In this document: positions 36,195-46,684 of the stretch, piece by piece | Layout of the letters: the number at the start of each line of letters is the position of its first letter | How positions within the stretch are numbered: position 1 is the stretch's first letter | Assembly (NCBI GenBank): GCA_000146045.2 | Contig: BK006936.2 | Coordinates: forward strand, 512,001 to 576,000 | Reading direction: 5' to 3' | Origin: TPA_inf: Saccharomyces | Lineage: Eukaryota | Length of the DNA: 64,000 bases | The notes under the pieces: model-generated | Seen by the model: the letters and a program-made list of their open reading frames with translations, nothing else | Told to the model about the DNA's origin: nothing | Databases searched by the model: none | Program-made: the position numbers and the translations under genes

Positions 36195-36361
36195 TAGTGT
36201 TAGAACTCCACCTTCTGTGTAATTTCTTTCTGAAATTAGTGAAAAAAACGCGCCTTTCAAATTTTCATACTAGTGATTGGTTTATTGCAGATTATTTATT
36301 TCTAATTGTACATATTCTTGTTATTTTATATTATATGAAAGGGGTAAATCCAAATGCCACT

Positions 36362-37009
36362 CTACATACAGATTCTGTAACTGGCATAACGACCAGAGGT
36401 TTCACTTTTTCTTATGATTTTAACTACTTCGCCTCTTTTCAATCCCAAGTATAAGGCTACAGGATCAGCTCTTTGAATTCTTGGCAATTGGGATTCCTTC
36501 AATCTATACCTTTTTAAAAGCTCTCTTTTCTCATCACTACTCAATCTGATATGCTTTGGAACCAATTCGTGGTGAGTAATATTAACCACTAAGGCAGCTT
36601 CATTAAAAGTTTCAATGGTGGCTGGTGGTATAGAAGGCACCAATTTCATTGCACTTGGTGTAATATTATTTTGGTAAACAAAGATACCTGTTTGGAAATT
36701 TTTTTCTTGAATATGTATAACAAAAGTCTTCATTGTCTTTACACCAACGGAAGGCTCATCACAAAATTCTACCCATAAGGAGCCCATGTCTGGGAACTTT
36801 GATATAGATTCTTCTGTTGGATTTGCCTGGAAGGACATCATTTTACGTTGTGGTCTGCCCATGGAGTCACAATACTTGGCCTTGAAATCTTCCAATGGCA
36901 ATTCGACTTCCTCTTGAGTGATAAAATAACCCCTGTCCTTAACCATTTCTTTTACTGTTCTGAATGCTCTCCATAATCTTGAGATGTTTCTTTCATTTTC
37001 TTGGTCCAT
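36362..37009 (-). CDS. RPB5: Subunit ABC27 shared by RNA polymerases I, II and III.
   Basis: At 215 aa it starts [28 protein letters not shown]. The conserved Rpb5 C-terminal domain is present. Confidence 0.92.
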
Positions 37010-37770
37010 TGTCTTAGCTTATTAGTAATATCCACCTGCGCACAAATTTTGTAAATCCCCTACTAATTTAATTTGAATTCAAATTGGCTCGTGATCTGTT
37101 GACCCTTGTTAGCAACGTTTGTAATCTTCCTCACCGAATTGCGTCGTTTTGAATAATATATATGATTGAAAATTTTTCAAGAGAAAAGAAAAATTTTTCC
37201 TTCCGCGGTCAGCCATTGCTAAAAAAAGGCCTCCGTTAGGAGTCGAATAGAGGACAACAACAATACATTGCCACTTTAATTTTAAATGCTTGCATATTAA
37301 CTAGCGATCAGATGCTCTGCTCTATATAAAATAAATTATTGATACGGTTTCTAGTCTCGGTTGATGATAAGAGTACGTTAATCCACCTACCGAGCATTAC
37401 CAAGATATCTGGCACTTTATATGTAGAGAGTCTGTGTTCTCAAGTTTACTTGTGCGGATAATGAGCTTAAAGACTTAAATACTAAAAGCGTATGCGTTCG
37501 TATCTCTGTTTAGGCACCTTGTACAGTTTCACAGAAAACTGTGTAATGTGTGATTATAGTACACAGAACAAAATAACTTCACCTCATCTCTTTCTTAACG
37601 CAGTGAGGAAAAAGGTGGAAAAAAAAGAAAGAAAAAAAGAATATGTGTAATTTCCGGCACTTTTCAGAGCGATGAGCTTAAATTCAAAAGCAGCATTGAA
37701 TTAAAAGTGAGGTCTTGAGCACTACATTCTAGCAAGTAAAAGAAAAGAATAAATTGGTTTTGCATCTAGA

Positions 37771-38928
37771 ATGAGCTCCGTTAACGCAAATGGAGGATAT
37801 ACCAAACCACAAAAATATGTGCCAGGGCCAGGTGATCCTGAACTTCCACCCCAACTATCCGAATTTAAAGATAAAACATCGGATGAAATCTTGAAAGAAA
37901 TGAACAGAATGCCTTTTTTCATGACCAAGTTGGATGAAACAGACGGTGCAGGTGGTGAAAACGTGGAGTTAGAAGCTTTAAAGGCATTAGCTTATGAAGG
38001 CGAACCACACGAAATCGCTGAAAATTTCAAGAAGCAAGGTAACGAACTATACAAAGCAAAAAGATTCAAGGATGCAAGGGAACTTTACTCAAAGGGCTTG
38101 GCTGTAGAATGCGAAGATAAATCAATAAATGAGTCACTATATGCCAATAGAGCGGCATGTGAGTTAGAGCTGAAAAATTACAGGAGGTGTATCGAGGACT
38201 GCAGTAAAGCTCTAACTATTAACCCCAAGAATGTTAAGTGCTACTATCGTACAAGCAAGGCTTTTTTCCAATTAAACAAGTTGGAGGAGGCCAAATCAGC
38301 CGCAACATTTGCCAATCAAAGGATTGACCCAGAGAACAAATCAATTTTGAATATGTTATCAGTGATTGATAGAAAAGAACAAGAATTGAAAGCAAAAGAA
38401 GAAAAACAGCAAAGAGAAGCTCAGGAACGTGAAAACAAGAAAATTATGTTAGAGAGCGCAATGACGCTGAGAAACATAACTAACATCAAAACTCACTCTC
38501 CAGTAGAGTTACTTAATGAGGGTAAAATAAGGCTAGAAGACCCAATGGATTTTGAATCTCAATTGATCTATCCCGCATTAATTATGTACCCCACGCAAGA
38601 TGAATTTGATTTTGTAGGTGAAGTAAGTGAGTTAACTACTGTGCAAGAACTTGTTGACCTAGTTTTGGAAGGGCCGCAAGAACGCTTCAAAAAAGAAGGT
38701 AAGGAAAACTTCACACCAAAGAAAGTGTTGGTGTTCATGGAAACAAAGGCAGGTGGTTTGATTAAAGCTGGTAAGAAACTGACATTTCACGATATCTTGA
38801 AGAAAGAGTCGCCAGATGTACCATTGTTCGATAACGCTTTGAAAATATATATTGTGCCAAAGGTAGAAAGTGAAGGGTGGATTTCCAAGTGGGATAAGCA
38901 AAAAGCCTTAGAAAGAAGATCTGTGTGA
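37771..38928 (+). CDS. CNS1: TPR-repeat Hsp90 co-chaperone.
   Basis: It contains TPR repeats (AENFKKQGNELYKAKRFKDARELYSKGL...). At 385 aa it matches YBR155W. Confidence 0.88.
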   Translation: MSSVNANGGYTKPQKYVPGPGDPELPPQLSEFKDKTSDEILKEMNRMPFFMTKLDETDGAGGENVELEALKALAYEGEPHEIAENFKKQGNELYKAKRFKDARELYSKGLAVECEDKSINESLYANRAACELELKNYRRCIEDCSKALTINPKNVKCYYRTSKAFFQLNKLEEAKSAATFANQRIDPENKSILNMLSVIDRKEQELKAKEEKQQREAQERENKKIMLESAMTLRNITNIKTHSPVELLNEGKIRLEDPMDFESQLIYPALIMYPTQDEFDFVGEVSELTTVQELVDLVLEGPQERFKKEGKENFTPKKVLVFMETKAGGLIKAGKKLTFHDILKKESPDVPLFDNALKIYIVPKVESEGWISKWDKQKALERRSV

Positions 38929-39103
38929 AGTGTCAAATAGTTAAAAATATGTAACGCAAAGTTGTAGATAGAAATAACAAAGCAAGAAGGAAAAGTAAAG
39001 AAAGTGAACGATATACGTAATGCAGGGGGAATACCAGAGTATTTAAAGTGTACTTGATTTAATGTTAACCAGTTTGAATTTTTCTTTTCTGGGGTAATCG
39101 AAT

Positions 39104-41200
39104 TCAAGACCTTTTGGGCACAATTTGACGCGGTTTCAACCTGTTTAGCCTAGGATTTGGGAAAATTTCATCGGTGTGCAAAGGCGGAATTGGTCCAAAG
39201 ATAGTTTGTGGATTTATATCTTGCTGTCTTATCAATTGCTCTTGCAAATACGGGGATTTAGCCCATGCCGCTAAAGTTACGCTAGCCTCATCTTCAGAAT
39301 CAGTATTTATCTCTGGTAAAGAATCATTGACAGAGGCTATCTTTGGGGTCACATTTCCGATTATTTCTCGATGGTCAACTGTATTTATTGTGGCCAATAT
39401 ATTGTCGGTACTAAATGCAGTATTTTTGTTGATGGTATCTCGCACATGATTATCGAAAGGAGCCAAAGATTCTTTTAGACGTATGTCCTTGTAGTCATTA
39501 CTAAAGCTTGTTTGCTTTTTTAGATCTTGTTCCAAATGCGACATCCTTTTTTGTTTCTCTTGTTTACGCCGATGATGTTCCTGTTGAGACCTCATAATTC
39601 CTGATAACCTTTTATCAAACTTTTTTTTTAAGTCATCTCGTTCTGCCTCTGCTGGTGGAAGTAATTGAAGGTTTGTAAGCCGATAATTTTTGGATTTACG
39701 AGACTCTGGCTTGGAGATGTCAGCAATATTCGGAGAAAGTTTTCTTAATGTTTTCTCTTTAATTTTCAAACGATGTGGCGTTTGCGACGTTGTTAAATTT
39801 TTATTTTTATTAGGCGAAATAGACGCTTTTGTTGGTCTCAAATAACCTCTTACAGGGCTTTGGTAATAATTTTTAACTTCTTTAGATGGCGAGCTTGAAT
39901 CGACACTTATTTTTGTTGGAGAAATACTGTGCGGTCTTGAACCAGTTTTATGAACATCACTAGAGTGTTTGGACTTCTTTTTCTGTTCTGCAATGATTGC
40001 TAGCTTTTTGTGTGTCGTTAGCTTCAAAGAAGTCTTATCAAACCTCGGAATAGAGGATTTTCGAGAGTTTTTTCCTTTGGGTGAATTATTTTTGGTTATT
40101 TTATTTTTTACTGAGAATATATCTCTTAACGCTTCTTGCATATCAGTATCCGTGGAGTTTATTGACTTAAACTTTTGAGAAACTTTTTTCATGGGGGAGC
40201 CTGTTAAATCGATTGATGAAGAGGAGTATTTGTGACCAACGTTTCCACGGGAAATTTTGTTTTCAAATGATTTTGTTGGAATAGATGATAGCCTATCGAA
40301 AACACTGGATGCTTTTGTAGATCCCGCGGTATCACTGTTTTCCACAGCTCTTATAGCAGGACTATTTATCGTAGATTTTTTTTTAAATGCGATTGGTGAT
40401 TCCTTTACTGTTCGTACTTTTGGTATTGATCCTGAAGATTTTGTTGGTGGAATGTGTTGAATAATAAGAGGATCTTTATTCGGCAGTGGAACAAACATAT
40501 TCGACCTTCTTTGAGATCTCGCTATCCCAGAATTCGGTGGTGGTTTCACCTTTACTGATTCAGCTTTCTTTAAAGCTTGAAGTATAGGTTCATTCTCCAT
40601 TTCTTCCTTAGCCGCCCATGTTTGATTATCGAAGCGTTTTGTATTAATCGGAGACTCCGAAGTCTTGGAGGATTCTCTTAGAACCTTTTCAACTTTGTAA
40701 GGTGACCATGGTGAGGATTTTTCGCTTTCATTGGCGTCGACTTTAACGCTATTCAATGGCTCAACCGGGCTTTTATTGGTATCATGTATACTAAATCTAT
40801 TCATTCCTTCGGTGACTTCCTTCCTGCGGAGTGATTTAGGCGTGATACTTTTATCGTTATGTAATCCATTTCTGGGTGTCTTAGTAACGTCTTTTGCGGC
40901 ATCATTCTGGGAGTTAGAAAGTTCATATTCTCCTTTCATTTTAGGAAATTCGACATCCATTTTGTTATGCGTATTTTCGGGGCTAATTAAAGACTCTTCC
41001 ATCTTTTTGTCTTCATACTTGAGTGTATTCATATAAACATTATTTCTTAACCATTCACTACTTTCGTACAATCGTTGATTTATTTCTGAATGTGCATCTG
41101 TTGTTAGATTATTTAGATCATCGAGGGTTTCTATGATTGAACGGGTAGAGCCTGGCTTCCTTTGAGTTTTCTTCCTAGCTGCTTTGATTGCCCAGTCCAT
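39104..41200 (-). CDS. SLI15: INCENP homologue, the chromosomal passenger complex subunit.
   Basis: A 698-aa basic, S/K-rich disordered protein with a C-terminal IN-box region (…DEIFPNPRLNRLKPRQIVPKRS). Context is YBR156C. Confidence 0.85.
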   Translation of the reverse strand: MDWAIKAARKKTQRKPGSTRSIIETLDDLNNLTTDAHSEINQRLYESSEWLRNNVYMNTLKYEDKKMEESLISPENTHNKMDVEFPKMKGEYELSNSQNDAAKDVTKTPRNGLHNDKSITPKSLRRKEVTEGMNRFSIHDTNKSPVEPLNSVKVDANESEKSSPWSPYKVEKVLRESSKTSESPINTKRFDNQTWAAKEEMENEPILQALKKAESVKVKPPPNSGIARSQRRSNMFVPLPNKDPLIIQHIPPTKSSGSIPKVRTVKESPIAFKKKSTINSPAIRAVENSDTAGSTKASSVFDRLSSIPTKSFENKISRGNVGHKYSSSSIDLTGSPMKKVSQKFKSINSTDTDMQEALRDIFSVKNKITKNNSPKGKNSRKSSIPRFDKTSLKLTTHKKLAIIAEQKKKSKHSSDVHKTGSRPHSISPTKISVDSSSPSKEVKNYYQSPVRGYLRPTKASISPNKNKNLTTSQTPHRLKIKEKTLRKLSPNIADISKPESRKSKNYRLTNLQLLPPAEAERDDLKKKFDKRLSGIMRSQQEHHRRKQEKQKRMSHLEQDLKKQTSFSNDYKDIRLKESLAPFDNHVRDTINKNTAFSTDNILATINTVDHREIIGNVTPKIASVNDSLPEINTDSEDEASVTLAAWAKSPYLQEQLIRQQDINPQTIFGPIPPLHTDEIFPNPRLNRLKPRQIVPKRS

Positions 41201-41542
41201 TGTTTAAATCTTCGGGCTCTTTCAAAGTCCGTCAGTTGAGGAGATACTTTGAAACGTTTTGTTTGTATCATTGGCAATACTTGAAACGAGTTTTTGTTTG
41301 TTTTCTTTTTTTAGTTAATTCGCGAAATTTAAAATATGAAGATCGGTTTCAGAACAGAATGGATCAGGCTTTTCCGCGTATAAGAAATAATAACACTGAC
41401 ATAACGCTATAACGAAACAGCGTAACAAAATACTCTTTACATGGTTTATTTTTATATATTCATTTAACATTATCAAAACTAACATTAAGTCCTTTATTTA
41501 TCAAAACAAACGAAAAAAAAAAATGCGAGACAAATGATCCAG

Positions 41543-42310
41543 TCATTTATTGTCAATATCTAAGTCAATTAGTGGTTGCAATATGTCTCCAGTTTCCACT
41601 TTATGAGCAAAAATTTTGCCCTCAATATTTATCTGATTTTTTTCAGCGAATTCTTTCAAACTCCCGAATCTACCGCTTGCGTTTCTTCTTAATTGTTCAT
41701 TGGTATTCATGATTGTGTTTTTCGGGGACATTTGGTGGGTATATGAAGTATCCGGTGAAGAATGATATTCTTTGTCCAAGAAAGAACTTGCCAATGAAGT
41801 TTTTCTTGAATTGACGCCTATGCTTGAATTAGAATCGTACCCGTCAATGAAATTTGGCTTACAAGACCTGCTGAATGAGATTGCATGACTTTTTCTGTGG
41901 TAACTTTTCCTTCGCCCTGAAGGCTTTGTAAGTTCGTGTGATAATGAACGTGAATGCGAATGTGATGATAATTCATTACTTTCTACCCTTAAAGGTGATA
42001 CCGCATTAGGCTTTCTTGGACATATGGAGGAATTTCTCCTCGTTTTCACACCATCCTTGTCTCCAGGGAAAGAGTAGGTCTTCAGCTTGTTGAACAGAGC
42101 TTCGCCTTGAGACTCTTCAAAATAAAAGCTCTTTTCGTACTCATGGGGTTGTTTGCTGCTATCGAACTGAGATTCTGTTGAAGAGAGAGAGCTGAAACGT
42201 CCATAGAGTGGGCTGCCAAGTGATTTAATGGATGTACTAGATTGACTGCCCGTAGTAGGAAAACTAAATGTGCTTATTCTTTCTCTTTCTTTTTGCTCAA
42301 ATTTGCCCAT
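41543..42310 (-). CDS. ICS2: 255-aa Ser-rich protein of unknown function.
   Basis: Length and position match YBR157C. It has no recognisable domain. Confidence 0.75.
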   Translation of the reverse strand: MGKFEQKERERISTFSFPTTGSQSSTSIKSLGSPLYGRFSSLSSTESQFDSSKQPHEYEKSFYFEESQGEALFNKLKTYSFPGDKDGVKTRRNSSICPRKPNAVSPLRVESNELSSHSHSRSLSHELTKPSGRRKSYHRKSHAISFSRSCKPNFIDGYDSNSSIGVNSRKTSLASSFLDKEYHSSPDTSYTHQMSPKNTIMNTNEQLRRNASGRFGSLKEFAEKNQINIEGKIFAHKVETGDILQPLIDLDIDNK

Positions 42311-43345
42311 ATCTTGCTGGAAAGGGAAACTTCAGTGAAGTAATAACGAAGGTGGTGTAGAGTATAAATTTTTATTAAGTATGCGCTTTGACGTTCACAT
42401 ATTTGTAAAAGATTTATTTGAGAAGATAGAATGGGTCTCATTTATTTATACTTAAATGCTTCTTTGGATGTCAAGCTTTCTTGATGCCGGACTTGCAGTC
42501 GAAGGGCTCTTTCCCAACAGATATGTAACCAAATGCGTCGAATAGAAAAAGAAAGTCTTCCAAGGAAAGTTTATTACGAGGGGTTTTGTGCATTAACGTG
42601 GCATATAATTAGGTATAAACTCAAGGTTGGCTTAAGATTAGCGAAACAAAAGTATAAACGACCCAAAATTGGAGTGGATGTGTTCTTTAACACATAAACT
42701 GTCGTACAAAAAAAAAAGAAACAAAGAGCAGTTGAAAGAACATCAAGATCATAAGGACCCCCATATCGTGATAATCATTGATGACCAAATCGTGAACTCC
42801 CTGCGCCTATGCCGTGCCATAGCAAATAAAGTACTGGGCTGGATTGTTAATGACTTGCATATTAACGACAGGTAAACGGTACCCTATTTTTCTTTTTTAC
42901 GTGCTACGGACGAAAAGTGAGGGTGATTAACGCTTCAAATAAGAAACGACGGCTAGCAGGGTCTAGATGCGTGAGATGAGATAAGGAAAAGAGCTCTGTG
43001 TCCCAGGTAATAATCCCTGGAGAGATATAATCTTCCCTACAACTTGATTGCATATTAACGCTCCCAAGTTGTGGCCATTGAAGAGCTCTACAGCAATGTC
43101 CCGACGAACGGAAATAACCCTCTTTTTCATGATATTTTCGGAGTTATCTCCACTGTCAACAACTATTCTCGAATATAACAGAATGAAAGGGATCACGTAC
43201 GCTTGTTATATTGCTGTCGTTCTCCGTTCGCAATCCCATTATATGCGAGGGGCAAAAGAAGAGACGGCCGGTAACTCATTTTTTGGTGTGTGAGAATTGC
43301 GGAAGCTTCGTTCTCCCACCTTTTTTCGCTGTGTTTTTCTTGTCC

Positions 43346-43374
43346 TCAGCACCGGCTGGTCAAGCCGGTGCTGA
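43346..43374. repeat. Perfect GC-rich inverted repeat, TCAGCACCGGC-tggtcaa-GCCGGTGCTGA (11-bp arms, 7-nt spacer), in the ICS2-AMN1 intergenic region.
   Basis: I verified by hand that the arms are reverse complements of each other. Confidence 0.9.
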
Positions 43375-44548
43375 ACGGCCGGAGAGAAATATAAACGGAT
43401 GAAAACGTGTTAATAATTGCATCAGTAGTAGGTGGCGGGGTTGTCTCATTTTTGTTATGGCGTAAGGTGAAAAATTGTAAAGGATTGGTTCGGTTGGGTT
43501 GGCGACAATTAATTATGGGATAAAAAATTGCTTAATCTTTATTGGAGCAATTACCTGCATAGGCACTCATAGGCCACAAGGGTTTGATGGCGGAAGGATG
43601 TTATACCTACGATACTACCATACATGTGATATGTCACTTTCTAGTCCGAAGCGTGGAACATATTATCTTGTTTGACGTTGTGGGTGTTAACCGTAATTGT
43701 CTGGGTACGCCGAAGGCACGGAGACCATGTTAAAATATGTTTCTCTTTTTTGCTCATTTTTTTCTATTTTTTGCTGCGCATTGCCCGAAGCTTTTCTTAG
43801 TGGTAGTCTGCTCTCGCGCTCTTTGTTACACTCGCAAAATTTTTTTGCTGGGCAAAATAAAGCACTCTCCGGCCATTACTGGCTGTCGTCCGCCAGGATT
43901 TTCATTAACTTGCAGAAGTAAACAAACAAAACACAATTATGACACCGTGGAAGTTTCCTAAATGGTAACAAAAAGCTTAATTGAAAGAAAGAATTTCCTT
44001 CAACTTCGGTTTCCTGGTTCCGCTATTTCTCGCTTGTTTCTTCTATTGGACTTAGGATGTCTCATCAATCATCTTATTCCTGCTGGTGTTTTTTGTATCG
44101 CCTTGCCTTGGAGTGTTTATGCTTGTCCTTTGTTCAGTAACCATTCTTCAAGTTTGTTTCAAGTAGTAGGATACCTTCAGATATACGAAAGAAAGGGAGT
44201 ATAGTTGTGGATATATATATATATAGCAACCCTTCTTTATAAGGGTCCTATAGACTATACTCTTCACACTTTAAAGTACGGAATTAAGGCCCAAGGGAAC
44301 TAACAAAAACGTTCAAAAAGTTTTAAAACTATATGTGTTAACTGTACAAAAATAACTTATTTATCATATCATTTTTTTCTCTGTTTATTTCTTCTAGAAC
44401 TTATACCTGTCTTTTCCTTTTATTCTTTGAATTTGGTTTAATATCCCTTTTTGGTTTAATATCCATCCATTCCTTTCACTTAGAACTAATAATTCCCTTC
44501 GTTTGATAATTTATCATTTTCCTTTTCTGTTAGTAAAGTACCCATTAA

Positions 44549-46198
44549 ATGAAACTAGAACGCGTAAGCAGCAATGGCTCCTTCAAAAGAGGTAGAGATA
44601 TCCAGTCACTTGAATCTCCGTGTACTAGACCGCTGAAAAAAATGTCACCTAGTCCATCTTTCACATCTCTTAAAATGGAGAAGCCTTTCAAAGATATTGT
44701 AAGGAAGTATGGAGGTCATCTTCATCAAAGTAGTTACAATCCCGGCTCAAGCAAAGTGGAGTTAGTAAGACCAGATTTGTCTTTAAAAACAGATCAAAGT
44801 TTTCTTCAAAGTAGTGTGCAAACTACGCCTAATAAGAAAAGCTGCAATGAGTATCTTTCAACTCCAGAGGCCACACCATTAAAAAATACGGCTACAGAAA
44901 ATGCATGGGCAACCTCTCGAGTTGTTTCTGCATCCAGTCTTTCTATAGTGACACCAACGGAAATTAAAAACATTCTTGTTGATGAATTCTCTGAATTGAA
45001 GTTAGGGCAACCTTTGACTGCTCAACATCAGCGAAGTCATGCGGTCTTTGAAATTCCTGAGATTGTGGAAAATATCATAAAAATGATAGTTTCTCTAGAA
45101 TCTGCAAATATACCAAAGGAAAGACCATGCTTAAGAAGAAATCCACAATCTTATGAGCACTCTCTGCTTATGTACAAAGACGAAGAGAGAGCAAAAAAAG
45201 CATGGTCAGCAGCCCAGCAGCTACGAGACCCACCATTAGTCGGACACAAGGAGAAGAAGCAAGGGGCCTTATTTAGTTGTATGATGGTTAACAGGTTATG
45301 GCTTAACGTAACAAGGCCTTTTCTTTTCAAAAGCTTGCACTTTAAGAGCGTCCATAATTTTAAGGAGTTTTTACGAACTTCCCAGGAGACGACACAAGTA
45401 ATGAGACCGTCTCATTTTATATTGCACAAATTACATCAAGTAACACAACCAGATATAGAAAGGCTTTCCAGAATGGAGTGTCAAAATTTGAAATGGTTAG
45501 AATTTTACGTTTGCCCTAGAATAACTCCCCCATTAAGCTGGTTTGATAACCTCCATAAACTTGAAAAGCTTATTATTCCAGGCAATAAAAACATAGATGA
45601 TAACTTTTTACTCAGACTATCACAGAGCATACCAAATTTAAAGCACTTAGTTTTAAGAGCATGTGATAATGTCAGTGATTCAGGTGTTGTTTGCATTGCT
45701 TTGAATTGCCCGAAATTAAAAACATTTAACATTGGCAGACATAGGCGTGGAAATTTAATTACGAGTGTCTCACTGGTCGCGCTAGGCAAATACACACAGG
45801 TGGAAACTGTGGGGTTTGCCGGTTGTGATGTTGATGATGCCGGTATTTGGGAATTTGCTCGATTAAATGGCAAAAATGTTGAAAGATTGTCTTTAAATTC
45901 CTGTCGTCTTTTGACTGATTACTCTCTACCCATTCTTTTTGCTTTAAACTCATTTCCAAATCTGGCTGTTTTAGAGATCAGAAATTTAGATAAAATAACT
46001 GATGTGAGGCATTTCGTGAAGTACAACTTGTGGAAAAAATCATTGGATGCCCCCATTCTAATCGAAGCATGTGAACGTATTACGAAACTAATCGATCAAG
46101 AAGAAAATAGAGTTAAGAGGATTAACTCCTTGGTTGCCTTAAAAGATATGACAGCTTGGGTTAATGCAGACGACGAAATAGAGAATAATGTGGACTAG
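44549..46198 (+). CDS. AMN1: Leucine-rich-repeat protein that antagonises the mitotic exit network.
   Basis: At 549 aa, the C-terminal half has LRR and Cys-containing repeats (LKHLVLRACDNVSDSGV, LKTFNIGRHRRGNLITSVSLVAL, LSLNSCRLLTD). Confidence 0.85.
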   Translation: MKLERVSSNGSFKRGRDIQSLESPCTRPLKKMSPSPSFTSLKMEKPFKDIVRKYGGHLHQSSYNPGSSKVELVRPDLSLKTDQSFLQSSVQTTPNKKSCNEYLSTPEATPLKNTATENAWATSRVVSASSLSIVTPTEIKNILVDEFSELKLGQPLTAQHQRSHAVFEIPEIVENIIKMIVSLESANIPKERPCLRRNPQSYEHSLLMYKDEERAKKAWSAAQQLRDPPLVGHKEKKQGALFSCMMVNRLWLNVTRPFLFKSLHFKSVHNFKEFLRTSQETTQVMRPSHFILHKLHQVTQPDIERLSRMECQNLKWLEFYVCPRITPPLSWFDNLHKLEKLIIPGNKNIDDNFLLRLSQSIPNLKHLVLRACDNVSDSGVVCIALNCPKLKTFNIGRHRRGNLITSVSLVALGKYTQVETVGFAGCDVDDAGIWEFARLNGKNVERLSLNSCRLLTDYSLPILFALNSFPNLAVLEIRNLDKITDVRHFVKYNLWKKSLDAPILIEACERITKLIDQEENRVKRINSLVALKDMTAWVNADDEIENNVD

Positions 46199-46684
46199 AT
46201 GGTTTTTGTGACTTTACCTATAAATAGTACACAACAGACCACCAGTAATTCTACACACTTCTTAACTGATAATATTATTATAATTGTAACTTTTTAGCAG
46301 CACTAAATTTAATGAATACATAGATTTTTAACTAGCATTTTACTATTCTGTACTTTTTACTTGAAATTCCAGAAGGGCCGAAGAAACCAGAATTCCTTCA
46401 CAGAAAACTATTGAACTACAGAATTCTCCAAAAGATACACTCATAGTGTTAAGACGAATCAATGTCTCGGATTTGGAAGTCCTTTATAGAGATAATTGTA
46501 GGGGCCTTTTGTAATGTTTCGGATGTTCTGTTTTAAGTCCGCGGGAGGCCTTTTTATTTTTCGCTTTTTTAGAGATTTCACGAATAAAAGCGTTGCAGAA
46601 ATGCAACTTCAAAAGAGACTGAAGGAAACACAGATAGAAGAACAGTCTTCAAAGCAATCAATTCGTGTCGGTGCAGCTTAAGAA

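Noticed and set aside
43486-43500. GGTTCGGTTGG resembling a tRNA B-box
   Set aside because: It deviates from GGTTCGANTCC and there is no surrounding cloverleaf. No tRNA gene could be supported anywhere in the window.
42311-44548. ARS consensus (WTTTAYRTTTW) matches in the long intergenic regions
   Set aside because: I saw several near-matches in AT-rich stretches by eye but no exact 11 of 11 match I could verify without a scan. I have not called an origin.
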